64,000 nt of DNA from assembly GCA_041659805.1 (NCBI GenBank), contig JBAZXP010000001.1, positions 384,589-448,588 of the forward strand. Direction: 5' to 3'. Below the pieces are notes generated by a model that was not told the origin of the DNA, ran no database searches, and saw nothing but the letters and a program-made list of their open reading frames with translations. The number at the start of each line of letters is the position of its first letter. Position 1 is the stretch's first letter. The stretch comes from Microgenomates group bacterium (GTDB lineage: Bacteria; Patescibacteriota; Microgenomatia; Daviesbacterales; UBA10151). Positions 45,887 to 56,661 of the stretch are shown one piece after another. Both the position numbers and the translations under genes were made by a program.

Positions 45887-46867
45887 ATGTTTGATTTAAT
45901 TTCCATTGGAGACGCTGCTGTTGATCATTTCTTCAAAATTTCTGATGCTCATGTTGAGTTGGATAAGGGGGAGGAGGAGTTGTGTTTGAGTTTAGGAAGT
46001 AAGCTTCCAGTTGAAACATACGAGCAAATTTTAGGTGGAAATAATGCAAATAATGCAGTTGGTGCCACTAGACTGGGTCTAAAAACAGCTATTTATCTTA
46101 ATGTAGGATCAGATCAAGCAGGGCAATTTACTCTATCAAAATTAAAAGAAGAAGGGGTTGATAGCAGATATGTGGTTAAAAACGAGGGAATGGATTCGAA
46201 CGTATCTGCCTTAATAAGTTTTAAAGGAGAAAGAACTATTTTGACTTACCATCAGGATTTTAAGTACCAGCTGCCTGATTTGGACAAAACCCGCTGGGTG
46301 TATCTTAGCTCGATGGGTAAACCTGCACAAACAAGTGAATTTATAGGCCAAGTTGAAAACTATCTTGAGCGAACATCTGCTCAATTATTTTATAATCCCG
46401 GAACTATGGAACTCGCCCGCGGTTTAACCAAATTCCCTAAATTATTATCTCTGGCCAAAGTTTTGATTTTGAATAAAGAAGAAGCAGGACATGTTTTAGG
46501 TATTAACCATGAGGGAAAAACTGACATTAAAAAAATGTTAAGCAGCCTTGTCAACCTGGGCCCCAGGATGGCAATTATTACTGACGCTATAAGAGGATCC
46601 TTTGGTTTTGATGGTGAAAATTTTTGGAAATTGGGAATTTTTTTTGCCAAAGTAGTTGATACAACCGGGGCAGGAGATGCGTATGCTACAGGGGTTTTAG
46701 CAGGCTTATTTCATGGTGAGGATCTACACGAGGCAATGAGGTGGGGGGCTGCTAACGGGGCATCTGTGGTTGAACAAATAGGTCCTCAAAAAGGGTTATT
46801 AACTAAAAAGGAGATGCAGAAAAAAATAGCAGAAAATATTAAAATAATTGCTCAAAAAGTAAGTTAG
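45887..46867 (+). CDS. PfkB-family carbohydrate kinase
   Basis: DTTGAGDAYATG ATP-binding signature, N-terminal GG motif. Confidence 0.7.
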   Translation: MFDLISIGDAAVDHFFKISDAHVELDKGEEELCLSLGSKLPVETYEQILGGNNANNAVGATRLGLKTAIYLNVGSDQAGQFTLSKLKEEGVDSRYVVKNEGMDSNVSALISFKGERTILTYHQDFKYQLPDLDKTRWVYLSSMGKPAQTSEFIGQVENYLERTSAQLFYNPGTMELARGLTKFPKLLSLAKVLILNKEEAGHVLGINHEGKTDIKKMLSSLVNLGPRMAIITDAIRGSFGFDGENFWKLGIFFAKVVDTTGAGDAYATGVLAGLFHGEDLHEAMRWGAANGASVVEQIGPQKGLLTKKEMQKKIAENIKIIAQKVS

Positions 46868-46906
46868 ATATCTTTTATTTTCTATTTAGCAGTAGTATAG
46901 TTCCTG

Positions 46907-48361
46907 TTGATGGATTCTTTTGATTTAGTAATTTTTGGCATTACAGGAAATTTAGCACAAATAAAATTAATTCCCGTTTTATATGACATGGTAGAGAAAA
47001 ACCTTTTACCGGAAAGTACTCAAATTATCGGTACTGCCAGGTCCCCTATGACTCAAGCTGAATTTGAAGACTATTTTAATAATGTATTACATTCAGTAAA
47101 TAGACATCATAAGCATGAAATTAATGATGTCGTTGTAAAAAAACTCTTTAAAAGACTGCATTATCTACCGGGTAATTTAGATGATCCAAAATTTTATCAG
47201 GATATCAAAGATTATTTACAAAAAGTTCACAAAGGAAACGTAGATCAAAATTTGGTTTTCTACTTGGCGACTTATCCTCAGCTTTATAAAAACATTTTTG
47301 ATAGTTTGAAAAAACTAGGATTAAGTGATCAACAAAAAAAATGGGTGAGACTTATTATTGAAAAACCGATCGGTTTGGACCTTCCTTCTGCTAAGAAATT
47401 AAATAAACTCTTGAGTAAATATTTCCATGAAAATCAAATTTTCAGATTAGACCATTATTTAGGTAAAGAAACTCTGCAAAATATTTTAACTTTTAGATTT
47501 GGGAACGGTATTTTCGAACCTTTAATAAATAAAAATTATATTGACCATATTCAGGTGTCTGCCTTAGAGGATTTTGGAATTGGCAAAAGAGGTGGTTATT
47601 ATGATTCGGTGGGTGCCTTAAAAGATGTTGGGCAAAATCATTTATTACAAATGTTAACAATTCCATGTATGGATGCGCCGAAGGAATTTAAACATACTGA
47701 AGTGATAAAACAACGCCAAAAAATAATTAAAAATTTAATTTGTTATCCTAAAAGTCTGGTTTTAGCTCAGTATGAGGGATATTTAAAAGAAGAAAACGTT
47801 GATCCAAGATCGCAAACAGACACTTATTTTGCTTTTAAAACAGAAATAAATAACATCAGGTTTAAGGGTGTTCCTATTTATGTAAGAGGAGGAAAAAAGT
47901 TAAAACAAACAGCTACAGAAATTTCAATAGTATTTAAAAATCCGGTTAACAGATTATTTAAACATTTAAGTGGTGGAGAAGTTCCGAATGTTTTGGTTTA
48001 CCGTATCCAGCCGAATGAGGGAATTATGTTGCAAATCTTAACTAAAAAACCGGATCATGGGACAGAGCTAAACAGCTCAATTATGCAATATTGTTATCCT
48101 CAAAATTATCCACAACATCCATTCCCCGACGCTTATGAAAAATTAATTGTTGATGCAATTCATGGTGACCAAACGTTCTTTAATAATGCTGCAGAGGTAG
48201 AGGCTGAATGGAAATATATTGATCAAATGAATAAAAAACTTCCAAAGTTAAATTCTTATAAGCCTGGATCTTGGGGACCCAAAGAAGCTGATGAATTAAT
48301 AGAGAAAGATGGAAGAAAATGGTTAGAGCCTTCTGACCAACTTTGTGTGATCAACAAATAA
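46907..48361 (+). CDS. zwf: glucose-6-phosphate 1-dehydrogenase
   Basis: IFGITGNLA, RLDHYLGKE active-site motif. Confidence 0.85.
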   Translation: MMDSFDLVIFGITGNLAQIKLIPVLYDMVEKNLLPESTQIIGTARSPMTQAEFEDYFNNVLHSVNRHHKHEINDVVVKKLFKRLHYLPGNLDDPKFYQDIKDYLQKVHKGNVDQNLVFYLATYPQLYKNIFDSLKKLGLSDQQKKWVRLIIEKPIGLDLPSAKKLNKLLSKYFHENQIFRLDHYLGKETLQNILTFRFGNGIFEPLINKNYIDHIQVSALEDFGIGKRGGYYDSVGALKDVGQNHLLQMLTIPCMDAPKEFKHTEVIKQRQKIIKNLICYPKSLVLAQYEGYLKEENVDPRSQTDTYFAFKTEINNIRFKGVPIYVRGGKKLKQTATEISIVFKNPVNRLFKHLSGGEVPNVLVYRIQPNEGIMLQILTKKPDHGTELNSSIMQYCYPQNYPQHPFPDAYEKLIVDAIHGDQTFFNNAAEVEAEWKYIDQMNKKLPKLNSYKPGSWGPKEADELIEKDGRKWLEPSDQLCVINK

Positions 48362-48363
48362 AA

Positions 48364-49350
48364 CTATTTTTTAACGTCGTGTTGACCGAATTGTCCCCTC
48401 ATAGCAGAGATAACTTTATTTCTGAAACCTTCAGGTGATTTTTCCGCGTCTTTGTGTGAATTTTCCCTGACTTTGATAGCTGATTTCATTGCAGGAACAT
48501 CGATTCCCATTTTGCGTGCTACATCAACTGTCCAGTCCGCTTCACCGGGGACTCTTTTGCCACTACCTCCCGAACCAATACTGGAGGAAATATTAGATAA
48601 ATTTGGATCTTCTTTAAAAGCGTCCCAAGCCCAATTAACCAGACGGGATTCAACAACAGAGCGGTGCATATAAATATCCAGAACTTTATTAAAGTCATAT
48701 TTAAAAGGGGAAAATTTTAATATGGAAAGTCCCTCACCAATTGATTCCATCATGCCGTATTCAATGGCATTATGAACCATTTTAGCAAAATGTCCTGATC
48801 CAATTGGTCCTAAGTATTGGTAAGCTGAAGGGGCTGCTGCAGCTTTGGCAAGTTTTTTAATTTTTTCAAAGTCTTCTTTCTCTCCCCCAATCATTAAACA
48901 AGCGCCTGCTCTTGCTCCACCCGGTCCACCAGATGTGCCAATATCCATAAAATGGATACCCTTTTTGGCTAAAACTTTATTTCTTTTTAAAGTATCCTTA
49001 TAAAAAGAATTTCCTCCATCAATTACTAAATCACCGGGGGAAAGTTTTTCTGCCAGAGTATTTACTATTTCATCAACCACCTCACCTGCTGTTACCATGA
49101 CCCAAATTATTCTGGGTGTTTTTAATTTTGAAATTAAATCATCAATACTTTTTGTGGGCACTGCACCTTTCTTTGCAACTTCTGCAACTGGTTCAGGGGA
49201 TCTGTTCCAGGCAACAATGTCTATACCTTGTTCCAAAAGGCGAAAAACCATATTTTTTCCCATCCGTCCAAGTCCGATATAACCAATCTTCATAATGGTT
49301 TTTAGTATAGCTTTTTTATTATTAAAATCAACTAGTTGGAAAATTGACAA
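48364..49350 (-). CDS. gnd: 6-phosphogluconate dehydrogenase (decarboxylating), short YqeC-type
   Basis: MKIGYIGLGRMGKNM Rossmann motif, 328 aa. Confidence 0.8.
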   Translation of the reverse strand: MSIFQLVDFNNKKAILKTIMKIGYIGLGRMGKNMVFRLLEQGIDIVAWNRSPEPVAEVAKKGAVPTKSIDDLISKLKTPRIIWVMVTAGEVVDEIVNTLAEKLSPGDLVIDGGNSFYKDTLKRNKVLAKKGIHFMDIGTSGGPGGARAGACLMIGGEKEDFEKIKKLAKAAAAPSAYQYLGPIGSGHFAKMVHNAIEYGMMESIGEGLSILKFSPFKYDFNKVLDIYMHRSVVESRLVNWAWDAFKEDPNLSNISSSIGSGGSGKRVPGEADWTVDVARKMGIDVPAMKSAIKVRENSHKDAEKSPEGFRNKVISAMRGQFGQHDVKK

Positions 49351-49382
49351 AGAAAGATGAGTGCTCTATCATCTTTGGCATG

Positions 49383-49916
49383 AAAGAGTTCTGTAAGCCA
49401 GAAGATATTTATACCGCATGTCGGAAGTCATTTGGAGATCATGTTAAATTAGCAGAGATTTTAATAGACACGTTCATTTCGAGTAGTGACGAAACAACTT
49501 TTTTAGCAAATAGAGAAGTGCAGAAGGTTGGGAATCACAAGCGCTATTCACATGAAAGAGTATGTGCGACTTTAAAGGAAAGCTTAAATATGGGCTGCTC
49601 AGTAGTATTAAAACATGAAGATAAACATATTGAATTAAGAGTGCAAAGTGGTCTTGCAGGATGGGAAGATCAAGCCCGTCCTTATGCTTTACTTCAAGCA
49701 GGACAATTACCAAATGGATACGGCAAACAAGTGATTACGTTAAAAGGATCAATTGAACCCAGAGATTTATTAAGTCCGGTGGGATATTGGATAGTAAATA
49801 TGATGAGGGAAGTGACAGAAGCAGCACATCAGCATGGAATAATTTCTTTGGAAGCTCCTAAATATGACGCAGACTATTGGAGAAAAGAATTAGGAGGTAA
49901 TAATCTTAAGTCTTAA
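49383..49916 (+). CDS. hypothetical protein
   Basis: Track ORF starts at 49344, overlapping the gnd start; internal MKEFCKP at 49383 is more plausible. Confidence 0.35.
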   Translation, partial: KEFCKPEDIYTACRKSFGDHVKLAEILIDTFISSSDETTFLANREVQKVGNHKRYSHERVCATLKESLNMGCSVVLKHEDKHIELRVQSGLAGWEDQARPYALLQAGQLPNGYGKQVITLKGSIEPRDLLSPVGYWIVNMMREVTEAAHQHGIISLEAPKYDADYWRKELGGNNLKS

Positions 49917-49919
49917 TAA

Positions 49920-50801
49920 TTGTGCTATTATGAGTTTATGACTGCAAGGGAATGGTTAGAAAAAGCAAAAAGAGAAAAATTTGCCATCGGTGCTTTTAAT
50001 GTTGGAAATTTAGAAACTTTTAAAGCAATCGCTCAAGCTGCAGCTGTTAAAAAATCTCCTGTAATTATTGAATCATCACCAGGTGAAACGGAATGGATGG
50101 AAGCTGATAATATTGTAGACTTGGCAAGGAATTATTCAAAAGAATTAGGCATTCCAATTTTAGTAAATTTAGATCACGCAGAAAATTTGGAACAGTGTCA
50201 GATTGGGATAGAAGCTGGCTATGATTTAATTCATTTCGATGGTTCAAAATTACCATATGAGCAAAATTTAGAAATTGCAAAACAGGTTGTAGAATTGGCT
50301 CATCAAAAAAATCTTGTTGTTGAGGGTGAATATGATCATATTCAGGGTTCTTCAGAGGTACATTCTGGCTCTGCCAAATCTGAAATAGAAAAAATCCCAA
50401 TGACTGATCCGGATAAAGCCTTAGATTTTGTTGAGTCGACAGGAGTAGATATTTTGGCAGCATTCTTTGGTAATGTTCATGGAGTTTTTAAGGAAGGTGG
50501 AGAAGATTTGGATCTAGAACGTTTGGATGAAATATCTCAAAAAATGCCTGATAAGTTTTTATCACTTCATGGTGGATCTGGAATAGCAGATGACCAGGTA
50601 AAAGAAGCAATAAAAAGAGGGATTGTAAAAGTAAATATAAATACAGAAATGCGTCAGGCATTCCGTGAGAATATGGAAAAAGTTTTAGATAAAAATCCCG
50701 ATGAAATAGCTATGTATAAAATAGAACAACCTGTTATTGATGAGATTCAAAAGATAGTTGAACAGAAAATAGAAATCTTCGGCTCTTTTAACAAAGTTTA
50801 G
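49920..50801 (+). CDS. fba: class II fructose-bisphosphate aldolase
   Basis: AIGAFNVGNLE, LDHAE, HGGSG; B. subtilis FbaA-like length; start may be MTAREW at 49938. Confidence 0.8.
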   Translation: MCYYEFMTAREWLEKAKREKFAIGAFNVGNLETFKAIAQAAAVKKSPVIIESSPGETEWMEADNIVDLARNYSKELGIPILVNLDHAENLEQCQIGIEAGYDLIHFDGSKLPYEQNLEIAKQVVELAHQKNLVVEGEYDHIQGSSEVHSGSAKSEIEKIPMTDPDKALDFVESTGVDILAAFFGNVHGVFKEGGEDLDLERLDEISQKMPDKFLSLHGGSGIADDQVKEAIKRGIVKVNINTEMRQAFRENMEKVLDKNPDEIAMYKIEQPVIDEIQKIVEQKIEIFGSFNKV

Positions 50802-50865
50802 CTCTTCGACTTTGCTCAGGATCTTTGACTTCAACATCACAAGGAAAACACACCCGTAGAGATAG

Positions 50866-51573
50866 TTAATGGACGACAACTTTGGTTCCCGGATTATCAG
50901 GAGTAGCTCTGACCGCATTAACATTTGAAGGAACAACAGGTCCTGCCCATTCAAAAATCTGGGCAGCTGAAGCAAGTGGCTCGTTAACGCAACCATGACT
51001 CATTGGATGTCCAAAATTATTGTGCCAGTAAGCTCCGTGGAGAGCATATCCCTGATAGAAAAACATATTGTTCGGAACATTGGGTAAATTATAGTAAGTA
51101 CCAAGTTCTTGTGACCCTCCACGCATCCTTTGGTATCTGGTTTTATACCAAATAGAAAATGTTCCTCTGGGAGTAGAATTCCATAGGCCGGATGAGATTA
51201 AATATTCATAAACCAACCTGTTTCCCTCATAGGCTCGGAGTTTTTGTTCTGCTAAAGACACATCAATCCATTTTTCTTCACCACTCGCGTTTGTTGTGCC
51301 CAAAACTTTTGTTTGTTGATCATCAACTGAATTTGTCATTGCCAATGAAGTTTTGGGGTAATCTACGATTTGACTGTTGAAAACCGCGATATTAGCCTCT
51401 TCTTCAAAGTCACCAGTGGATGATAATATATCAGCAACTTTACAGCAGGAAGTTTTAGCGTCATCTGTTAGGTTAAATTTATAAACAAGAAAACTTCTTG
51501 CCGGCGTATAAAAATAAACCACAGCTATGGCAATAATTGCAGTTAGTAGAAGAATGGACAGAATTCTATGCAC
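50866..51573 (-). CDS. L,D-transpeptidase (YkuD domain), membrane-anchored
   Basis: ALHGAYWHNNFGHPMSHGCVN catalytic His/Cys motif. Confidence 0.75.
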   Translation of the reverse strand: MHRILSILLLTAIIAIAVVYFYTPARSFLVYKFNLTDDAKTSCCKVADILSSTGDFEEEANIAVFNSQIVDYPKTSLAMTNSVDDQQTKVLGTTNASGEEKWIDVSLAEQKLRAYEGNRLVYEYLISSGLWNSTPRGTFSIWYKTRYQRMRGGSQELGTYYNLPNVPNNMFFYQGYALHGAYWHNNFGHPMSHGCVNEPLASAAQIFEWAGPVVPSNVNAVRATPDNPGTKVVVH

Positions 51574-51769
51574 TAATCTTATTTTCTACAGGCTGTACCT
51601 GAATGTCAATACTTCGGTTACACTCAGTATTGACCTCCTCGAGTCTGAGCGACCTCGGAGTCGATGACCTGAGCTTGTCGAATGGGTCAATGGGCATTAA
51701 GCATATTCTGAACAAAAAATGATTAAATTGTACATTCGATCATTTTTGGTATAAACTTGTTTTTGGAAA

Positions 51770-52897
51770 TTGATGAATTATCAAAAACTATACAAACACA
51801 GACATTGGTTTATTAACCTCTTTTTATTAGGTGCATTAATAGCATTTCTTTGTCTTTTTATATTTTTTATTATTCCGAGAATTCTTCCTGAGGCAGAATA
51901 CTCAAATACCAGTAGAAACGGCATTATATTCCGCAATGAAACATGGTCCGGTGTTATTACGGTCACAGGAGATATTTGGGCATTTCCAGGGGCAAAAGTT
52001 ACTATAATTCCAGGAACAAAAGTACTTATTTCCAGAAAAGATAGTTTTAATCTGGATTTTGCTCTTTGGGATTTGAGATCAGGCTTGAATATTAATGACG
52101 AAAGTTTTGGGGTAAAAAACGGGGAATTATTTCAGGATGAAGGACACAAAATCCGGCTCTATTTTGGAAAATTATATGCGTTTGGTTCAAAGGAACAACC
52201 GATAATTATTACTTCTATGGGTGACTATGATTTTAGCCCCTATGATTTTAATGGTATTTATATTCATGAAGGGATTCTAAGTTTTGTCAAAATATCAAAT
52301 TACAGAAAAATATCAGTTGGTGATAATGTGATTATCAGGGATAGTGAGCTGACTAATTCAGGTGAGTGTGCAATTTGTATTGAATACTCTAGTCCTACAA
52401 TCGTGAATAATGTTTTCAGCAAAAATCTTAGGAATTATATCTATATTTTAGGAGGTAGCCCCAAAATAAATGATAATTTATTTCAATCATCACAATCACA
52501 AAAAGGTGAAGGGGTTGTATTTGATCCGAAAAAGATTGCAATGCCAATTATTTATCACAACAGTTTTGAAATGCCTAATCAGGTGGCCTTGCATATTTTA
52601 TCAGGTGATGAAGAAGAGGGTGGGGTGGTTGCATTTAATGATTTTGCCGGAGAGAATAAGATTTTACTGCCATGTAATAGTAAAATGAAGTTTATCCAGA
52701 ATTTAATTAGGGGGAGAATTGAGTTTGCAAAAGCCAGTAATTGTGATGGGAGTATGATTATGGGGCCAAATTATTGGTTATCCAGAGATAGGAATGCAAT
52801 TATTAAAGAAAAGTTTATTAATAAAGCCCTAAATTTTCAAATTATTTTACCTTCCGTGTTAACTTCCACTCCCAGTACTATAGGTAGAAGAAAATAA
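51770..52897 (+). CDS. membrane-anchored hypothetical protein with parallel beta-helix-like repeats
   Basis: 375 aa, N-terminal TM, repetitive I/V-x-N/D segments. Confidence 0.35.
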   Translation: MMNYQKLYKHRHWFINLFLLGALIAFLCLFIFFIIPRILPEAEYSNTSRNGIIFRNETWSGVITVTGDIWAFPGAKVTIIPGTKVLISRKDSFNLDFALWDLRSGLNINDESFGVKNGELFQDEGHKIRLYFGKLYAFGSKEQPIIITSMGDYDFSPYDFNGIYIHEGILSFVKISNYRKISVGDNVIIRDSELTNSGECAICIEYSSPTIVNNVFSKNLRNYIYILGGSPKINDNLFQSSQSQKGEGVVFDPKKIAMPIIYHNSFEMPNQVALHILSGDEEEGGVVAFNDFAGENKILLPCNSKMKFIQNLIRGRIEFAKASNCDGSMIMGPNYWLSRDRNAIIKEKFINKALNFQIILPSVLTSTPSTIGRRK

Positions 52898-52948
52898 AAC
52901 TCTTGCATAGGGTGGCGCAAGGTGCTATATAAGATTTAATAATTTCTC

Positions 52949-53656
52949 ATGAAACAAATACATGTTGTGATTGTGTTTATAGTGTTGGTGCTGATTGGTT
53001 TAATTTCTGCCGGAGCAAATGCGTTAAAAGTTAACTTTTCAGGGGATAGTATAACTCCAACTCCCACTGAAGGTGTTTTATTTAATCAGAACGACAATAA
53101 ACTGGATAAAAATGTTTTAAGTTCAGAGAGTACTATAACCCCAACTACCCAGGCACAAATTACGAAGCAACCCTTAAAACAATATCGTCAATTTCCGGGA
53201 AGTTTATCTGAAAGTGAACTGATTAATAAAAAAGCTGTTATTCAAACTGATAAAGGATCAATTTCTTTAGAGATTAATCCTGAGGCAACAAAAGCAGCAT
53301 CTAATTTTATTTTCCTGGCAAAAGATGGTTTTTATGACGGATTAACATTTCATAGAGTAGAACCTGGGTTTGTGGTTCAGGGAGGAGATCCAGTAGGTAA
53401 TGGAACAGGTGGACCGGGGTATACTTTTACAGAAGATAAGGTGGTTGGAAAATATGACAGAGGAATTGTAGCCATGGCAAAAAAAGCTAATGAACTCGCA
53501 GGTACCGGTGGAAGCCAGTTCTTTATCATGTTGGAAGATAAACCGCTACCTCTGGAGTATGTAATCTTCGGAAAAGTTGTTTCTGGAATGGATATTGTAG
53601 ATCAAATTAAGGTGGGAGATGTGATGAGAAAAGTGACCATTGTCTCTTTACAGTAA
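52949..53656 (+). CDS. cyclophilin-type peptidyl-prolyl cis-trans isomerase, secreted/membrane-anchored
   Basis: FHRVEPGFVVQGGDPVGNGTGGPGYTF cyclophilin signature. Confidence 0.8.
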   Translation: MKQIHVVIVFIVLVLIGLISAGANALKVNFSGDSITPTPTEGVLFNQNDNKLDKNVLSSESTITPTTQAQITKQPLKQYRQFPGSLSESELINKKAVIQTDKGSISLEINPEATKAASNFIFLAKDGFYDGLTFHRVEPGFVVQGGDPVGNGTGGPGYTFTEDKVVGKYDRGIVAMAKKANELAGTGGSQFFIMLEDKPLPLEYVIFGKVVSGMDIVDQIKVGDVMRKVTIVSLQ

Positions 53657-53737
53657 AGCCGGAGATTGCTCTATATATTGTATATTGACAGCTCCTATAC
53701 CCGATATGTTAAGTTAGATAAGCAGTCGTTAAATATT

Positions 53738-53758
53738 AGGTTATACAACATATTGTAT
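53738..53758. promoter_or_regulatory. NrdR-box-like palindrome (TATACAACATATTGTATA)
   Basis: Palindrome 9 nt upstream of nrdR; second AT-rich partial box ctATATATTGTATATtg at 53674-53694 about 64 bp upstream. Confidence 0.5.
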
Positions 53759-53766
53759 AAAGAGAG

Positions 53767-54210
53767 ATGAGATGTCCTTTCTGTAGTGATCTTAGTAATC
53801 GGGTGTTAGATAAAAGAACAGTTTCCGGTACTGGGGAAATAAGAAGGCGTAGGGAATGTTTACACTGCCAAGGTCGGTTTACCACATACGAGAGGTTATC
53901 AAATTTGCAGTTTTTGGTTATTAAAAAAGACGGTCGGAAAGAACCATATAACAGGGATAAATTAAGAGGTGGAGTAACTAAGGCTTTAGAAAAACGTCCG
54001 GCATCAGAAATTTTAGATGATTTTATATCTAAAGTTGAACGAAAGATATGGAAAAAAGGAGTTTCAGAGATAAACTCTCAACAGATTGGGAAAGTGGTGC
54101 TATCAGAGTTAAGAAAAATTGATAGTGTGGCATATTTGCGATTTGCCAGTGTTTATCGTCACTTTCAGGATCCGAAAGACTTTGCAAAAGAATTAGAAAG
54201 TATGAATTAA
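53767..54210 (+). CDS. nrdR: transcriptional repressor NrdR
   Basis: MRCPFC...CLHCQGRF zinc ribbon plus ATP-cone. Confidence 0.85.
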   Translation: MRCPFCSDLSNRVLDKRTVSGTGEIRRRRECLHCQGRFTTYERLSNLQFLVIKKDGRKEPYNRDKLRGGVTKALEKRPASEILDDFISKVERKIWKKGVSEINSQQIGKVVLSELRKIDSVAYLRFASVYRHFQDPKDFAKELESMN

Positions 54211-54213
54211 AGA

Positions 54214-56661
54214 ATGAAAAAACATCAAAACACAACATCAGAAATTTTTGCTCAACAAATAAATGTTATTCCCAAAAGTGAAAGACACACATCTATTAAA
54301 TTAGATTTGGCTGATATCCCTGAAAAACCAACTGTGATTGAAGGTTTACAAAATAAAATTTTTTTAGACAGATATGCCTGGAAAGATGAACACGGTAATC
54401 CAATGGAAACTGTACCAGATCAAATGTGGAGACGTGTTTCAAAAGCAATTGCTCATGTTGAAAAAACTCCAAAACTACAAAAAGAATGGGAAGATAAATT
54501 CTTCTATGCTTTATCAGATTTTAAATTTTTACCTGGAGGTAGAATTTTATCAGCAGCTGGAACAGGTTATGAAGTAACTTATTTTAATTGTTTTGTGATT
54601 CCTTCTCCTCCTGATTCCAGGGGTGGAATTATTGATAATTTAAAAGTAATGACAGAAATGCTTTCCCGGGCAGGTGGAGTGGGAATAAATTTGTCCACAC
54701 TTCGTCCAAGTGGAGCAAGGGTACATAAAGTAAATGGTACTTCATCAGGCCCGGTAAATTGGGCAAATCTTTATTCTGTTGCCTGTCATGATGTTATTCA
54801 GCAGGGTGGTTCAAGAAGAGGAGCCTTAATGTTAATGCTGCATGATTGGCATCCTGATATTGAAGAATTTATTGAAGCAAAACAGGATTTAACAAAGCTA
54901 GCAGGAGCAAATTTATCAGTTTGTTTATCTGATGTTTTTATGGAAGCTGTGGAAAATGATGCAGATTGGATCTTGCGTTTTCCAGACCACAAGCATCCCC
55001 AATATGATTTAGAATGGGATGGAGACTTAGTTGGCTGGATTGAGAAAGGTTATCCAGTTGTTGATTATAAAACTGTTAAAGCTAAAGATATTTGGAATAA
55101 AATCTGTCAGTTGGCTTGGGCTTCAGCAGAACCTGGATTACATTTTTTAGAAAGAAGCAATAAACAATCAAACACCTGGTATTTTGAAAAATTGGTTTGT
55201 ACAAATCCTTGTGGGGAACAACCATTGGGTCCTTGGGCAGTTTGTAATTTAGGATCATTAAATTTATCTTCTTTTGTTAAAAATGGGGAAATGGATTACA
55301 AAAACTTAGCAGAACACGTGGCTATAGCAGTTAGATTTTTAGACAATGTGATTGATGATAATTATTATTTTTATCCTGAAAATGAAAATATTCAAAAAAG
55401 TGTTCGCCGTATAGGGCTTGGTACGATGGGACTTGGAGACTCTTTGATTAAAATGAAAGTTAGATATGGTTCGCCTGAGTCTTTGGAGATTATTGAAAAA
55501 ATCTATAAAACAGTCAGAGATAGCGCATATCAGGCGTCCTCTGATATAGCCGCAGAAAAAGGTGCCTTTCCTAAATTTAATAAAGAAAAATATTTGCAAG
55601 GGTTTTTTATTAAACAACTTCCGGAAAATATTCGTGAAAGTATTGCCAAAAAAGGAATCAGGAATGCAGTTTTACTTACTCAAGCTCCAACCGGTACTAC
55701 CAGTTTATTGGCTGGTGTGAGTTCCGGGATTGAACCTGTCTTTGATTTTGCCATGAAGAGAAGGGACAGGACCGGAGAAAGTATTATTTACCATCCTTTA
55801 TTTAAAGCCTGGAAAGATGAAAGTGATGAAAATGAAATTCCGCCTGAATATTTTGCAGGAGCTAATGATTTAACACCTGATGATCATATTTTGGTTCAGG
55901 CAACAGTTCAAAGATACACAGATGCTTCGATATCCAAAACAGTGAACGCTCATAAAGATCACACAGTAGAAGATGTCCAAAAACTTTATATGGATGCTTA
56001 TAAATTAGGCTGTAAGGGTATTACATATATGAGGGATGGTTCCAGAGAAGGAGTGTTAACTCATATTGAAGATAATCAAAAAGAAGAAGCTGTTTCTCAA
56101 TCTGTTGCTCACCGCCCGATGATCTTACCGGGTAATACTTATGAAATTTTAACTCCGGTTGGTAAAGCTTTCATTACTATCAATCATGATGAAAACGGTA
56201 TTCCGATGGAGATTTTTATTACAGTTGGTAAAACCGGTATGCATATTGGAGCAGACGCAGAAGCTCTGGGGAGACTTATTTCAATTGCCTTGAGAGTTGA
56301 GGCCAATAAAAGACAGGAGATTGCGGAAAAGATAGTAAATCAACTACGGGGAATCGGTGGGTCTTCCCACATCGGGTTTGGTAAAGAAAGAGTTATGAGT
56401 TTGGCTGATGCCGTTGCAAAAGTTATGGCAGAAGATTTATCCCGCCAAGCTTTGAATAAAACTGTTGCAACAATGCCTTTAGACCTGGGTACAAATGAAC
56501 AATCTAAAACTAATGGAGTAGATCATTCACAAATGTCTGCGCTTCCTTTTGAAGATCACGCACCAAAAAGCGGAGATCTTTGTCCTGAATGCGGACAAGC
56601 CACATTTGTTTTTGAAGAAGGTTGCAAGAAATGTCACAACTGCGGACATAGTATGTGCTGA
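54214..56661 (+). CDS. nrdJ: adenosylcobalamin-dependent (class II) ribonucleotide reductase
   Basis: 815 aa; NCFVIPSPPDSRGGIIDNL, catalytic NPCGEQPL, C-terminal CPECG...CKKCHNCGHSMC. Confidence 0.85.
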   Translation: MKKHQNTTSEIFAQQINVIPKSERHTSIKLDLADIPEKPTVIEGLQNKIFLDRYAWKDEHGNPMETVPDQMWRRVSKAIAHVEKTPKLQKEWEDKFFYALSDFKFLPGGRILSAAGTGYEVTYFNCFVIPSPPDSRGGIIDNLKVMTEMLSRAGGVGINLSTLRPSGARVHKVNGTSSGPVNWANLYSVACHDVIQQGGSRRGALMLMLHDWHPDIEEFIEAKQDLTKLAGANLSVCLSDVFMEAVENDADWILRFPDHKHPQYDLEWDGDLVGWIEKGYPVVDYKTVKAKDIWNKICQLAWASAEPGLHFLERSNKQSNTWYFEKLVCTNPCGEQPLGPWAVCNLGSLNLSSFVKNGEMDYKNLAEHVAIAVRFLDNVIDDNYYFYPENENIQKSVRRIGLGTMGLGDSLIKMKVRYGSPESLEIIEKIYKTVRDSAYQASSDIAAEKGAFPKFNKEKYLQGFFIKQLPENIRESIAKKGIRNAVLLTQAPTGTTSLLAGVSSGIEPVFDFAMKRRDRTGESIIYHPLFKAWKDESDENEIPPEYFAGANDLTPDDHILVQATVQRYTDASISKTVNAHKDHTVEDVQKLYMDAYKLGCKGITYMRDGSREGVLTHIEDNQKEEAVSQSVAHRPMILPGNTYEILTPVGKAFITINHDENGIPMEIFITVGKTGMHIGADAEALGRLISIALRVEANKRQEIAEKIVNQLRGIGGSSHIGFGKERVMSLADAVAKVMAEDLSRQALNKTVATMPLDLGTNEQSKTNGVDHSQMSALPFEDHAPKSGDLCPECGQATFVFEEGCKKCHNCGHSMC

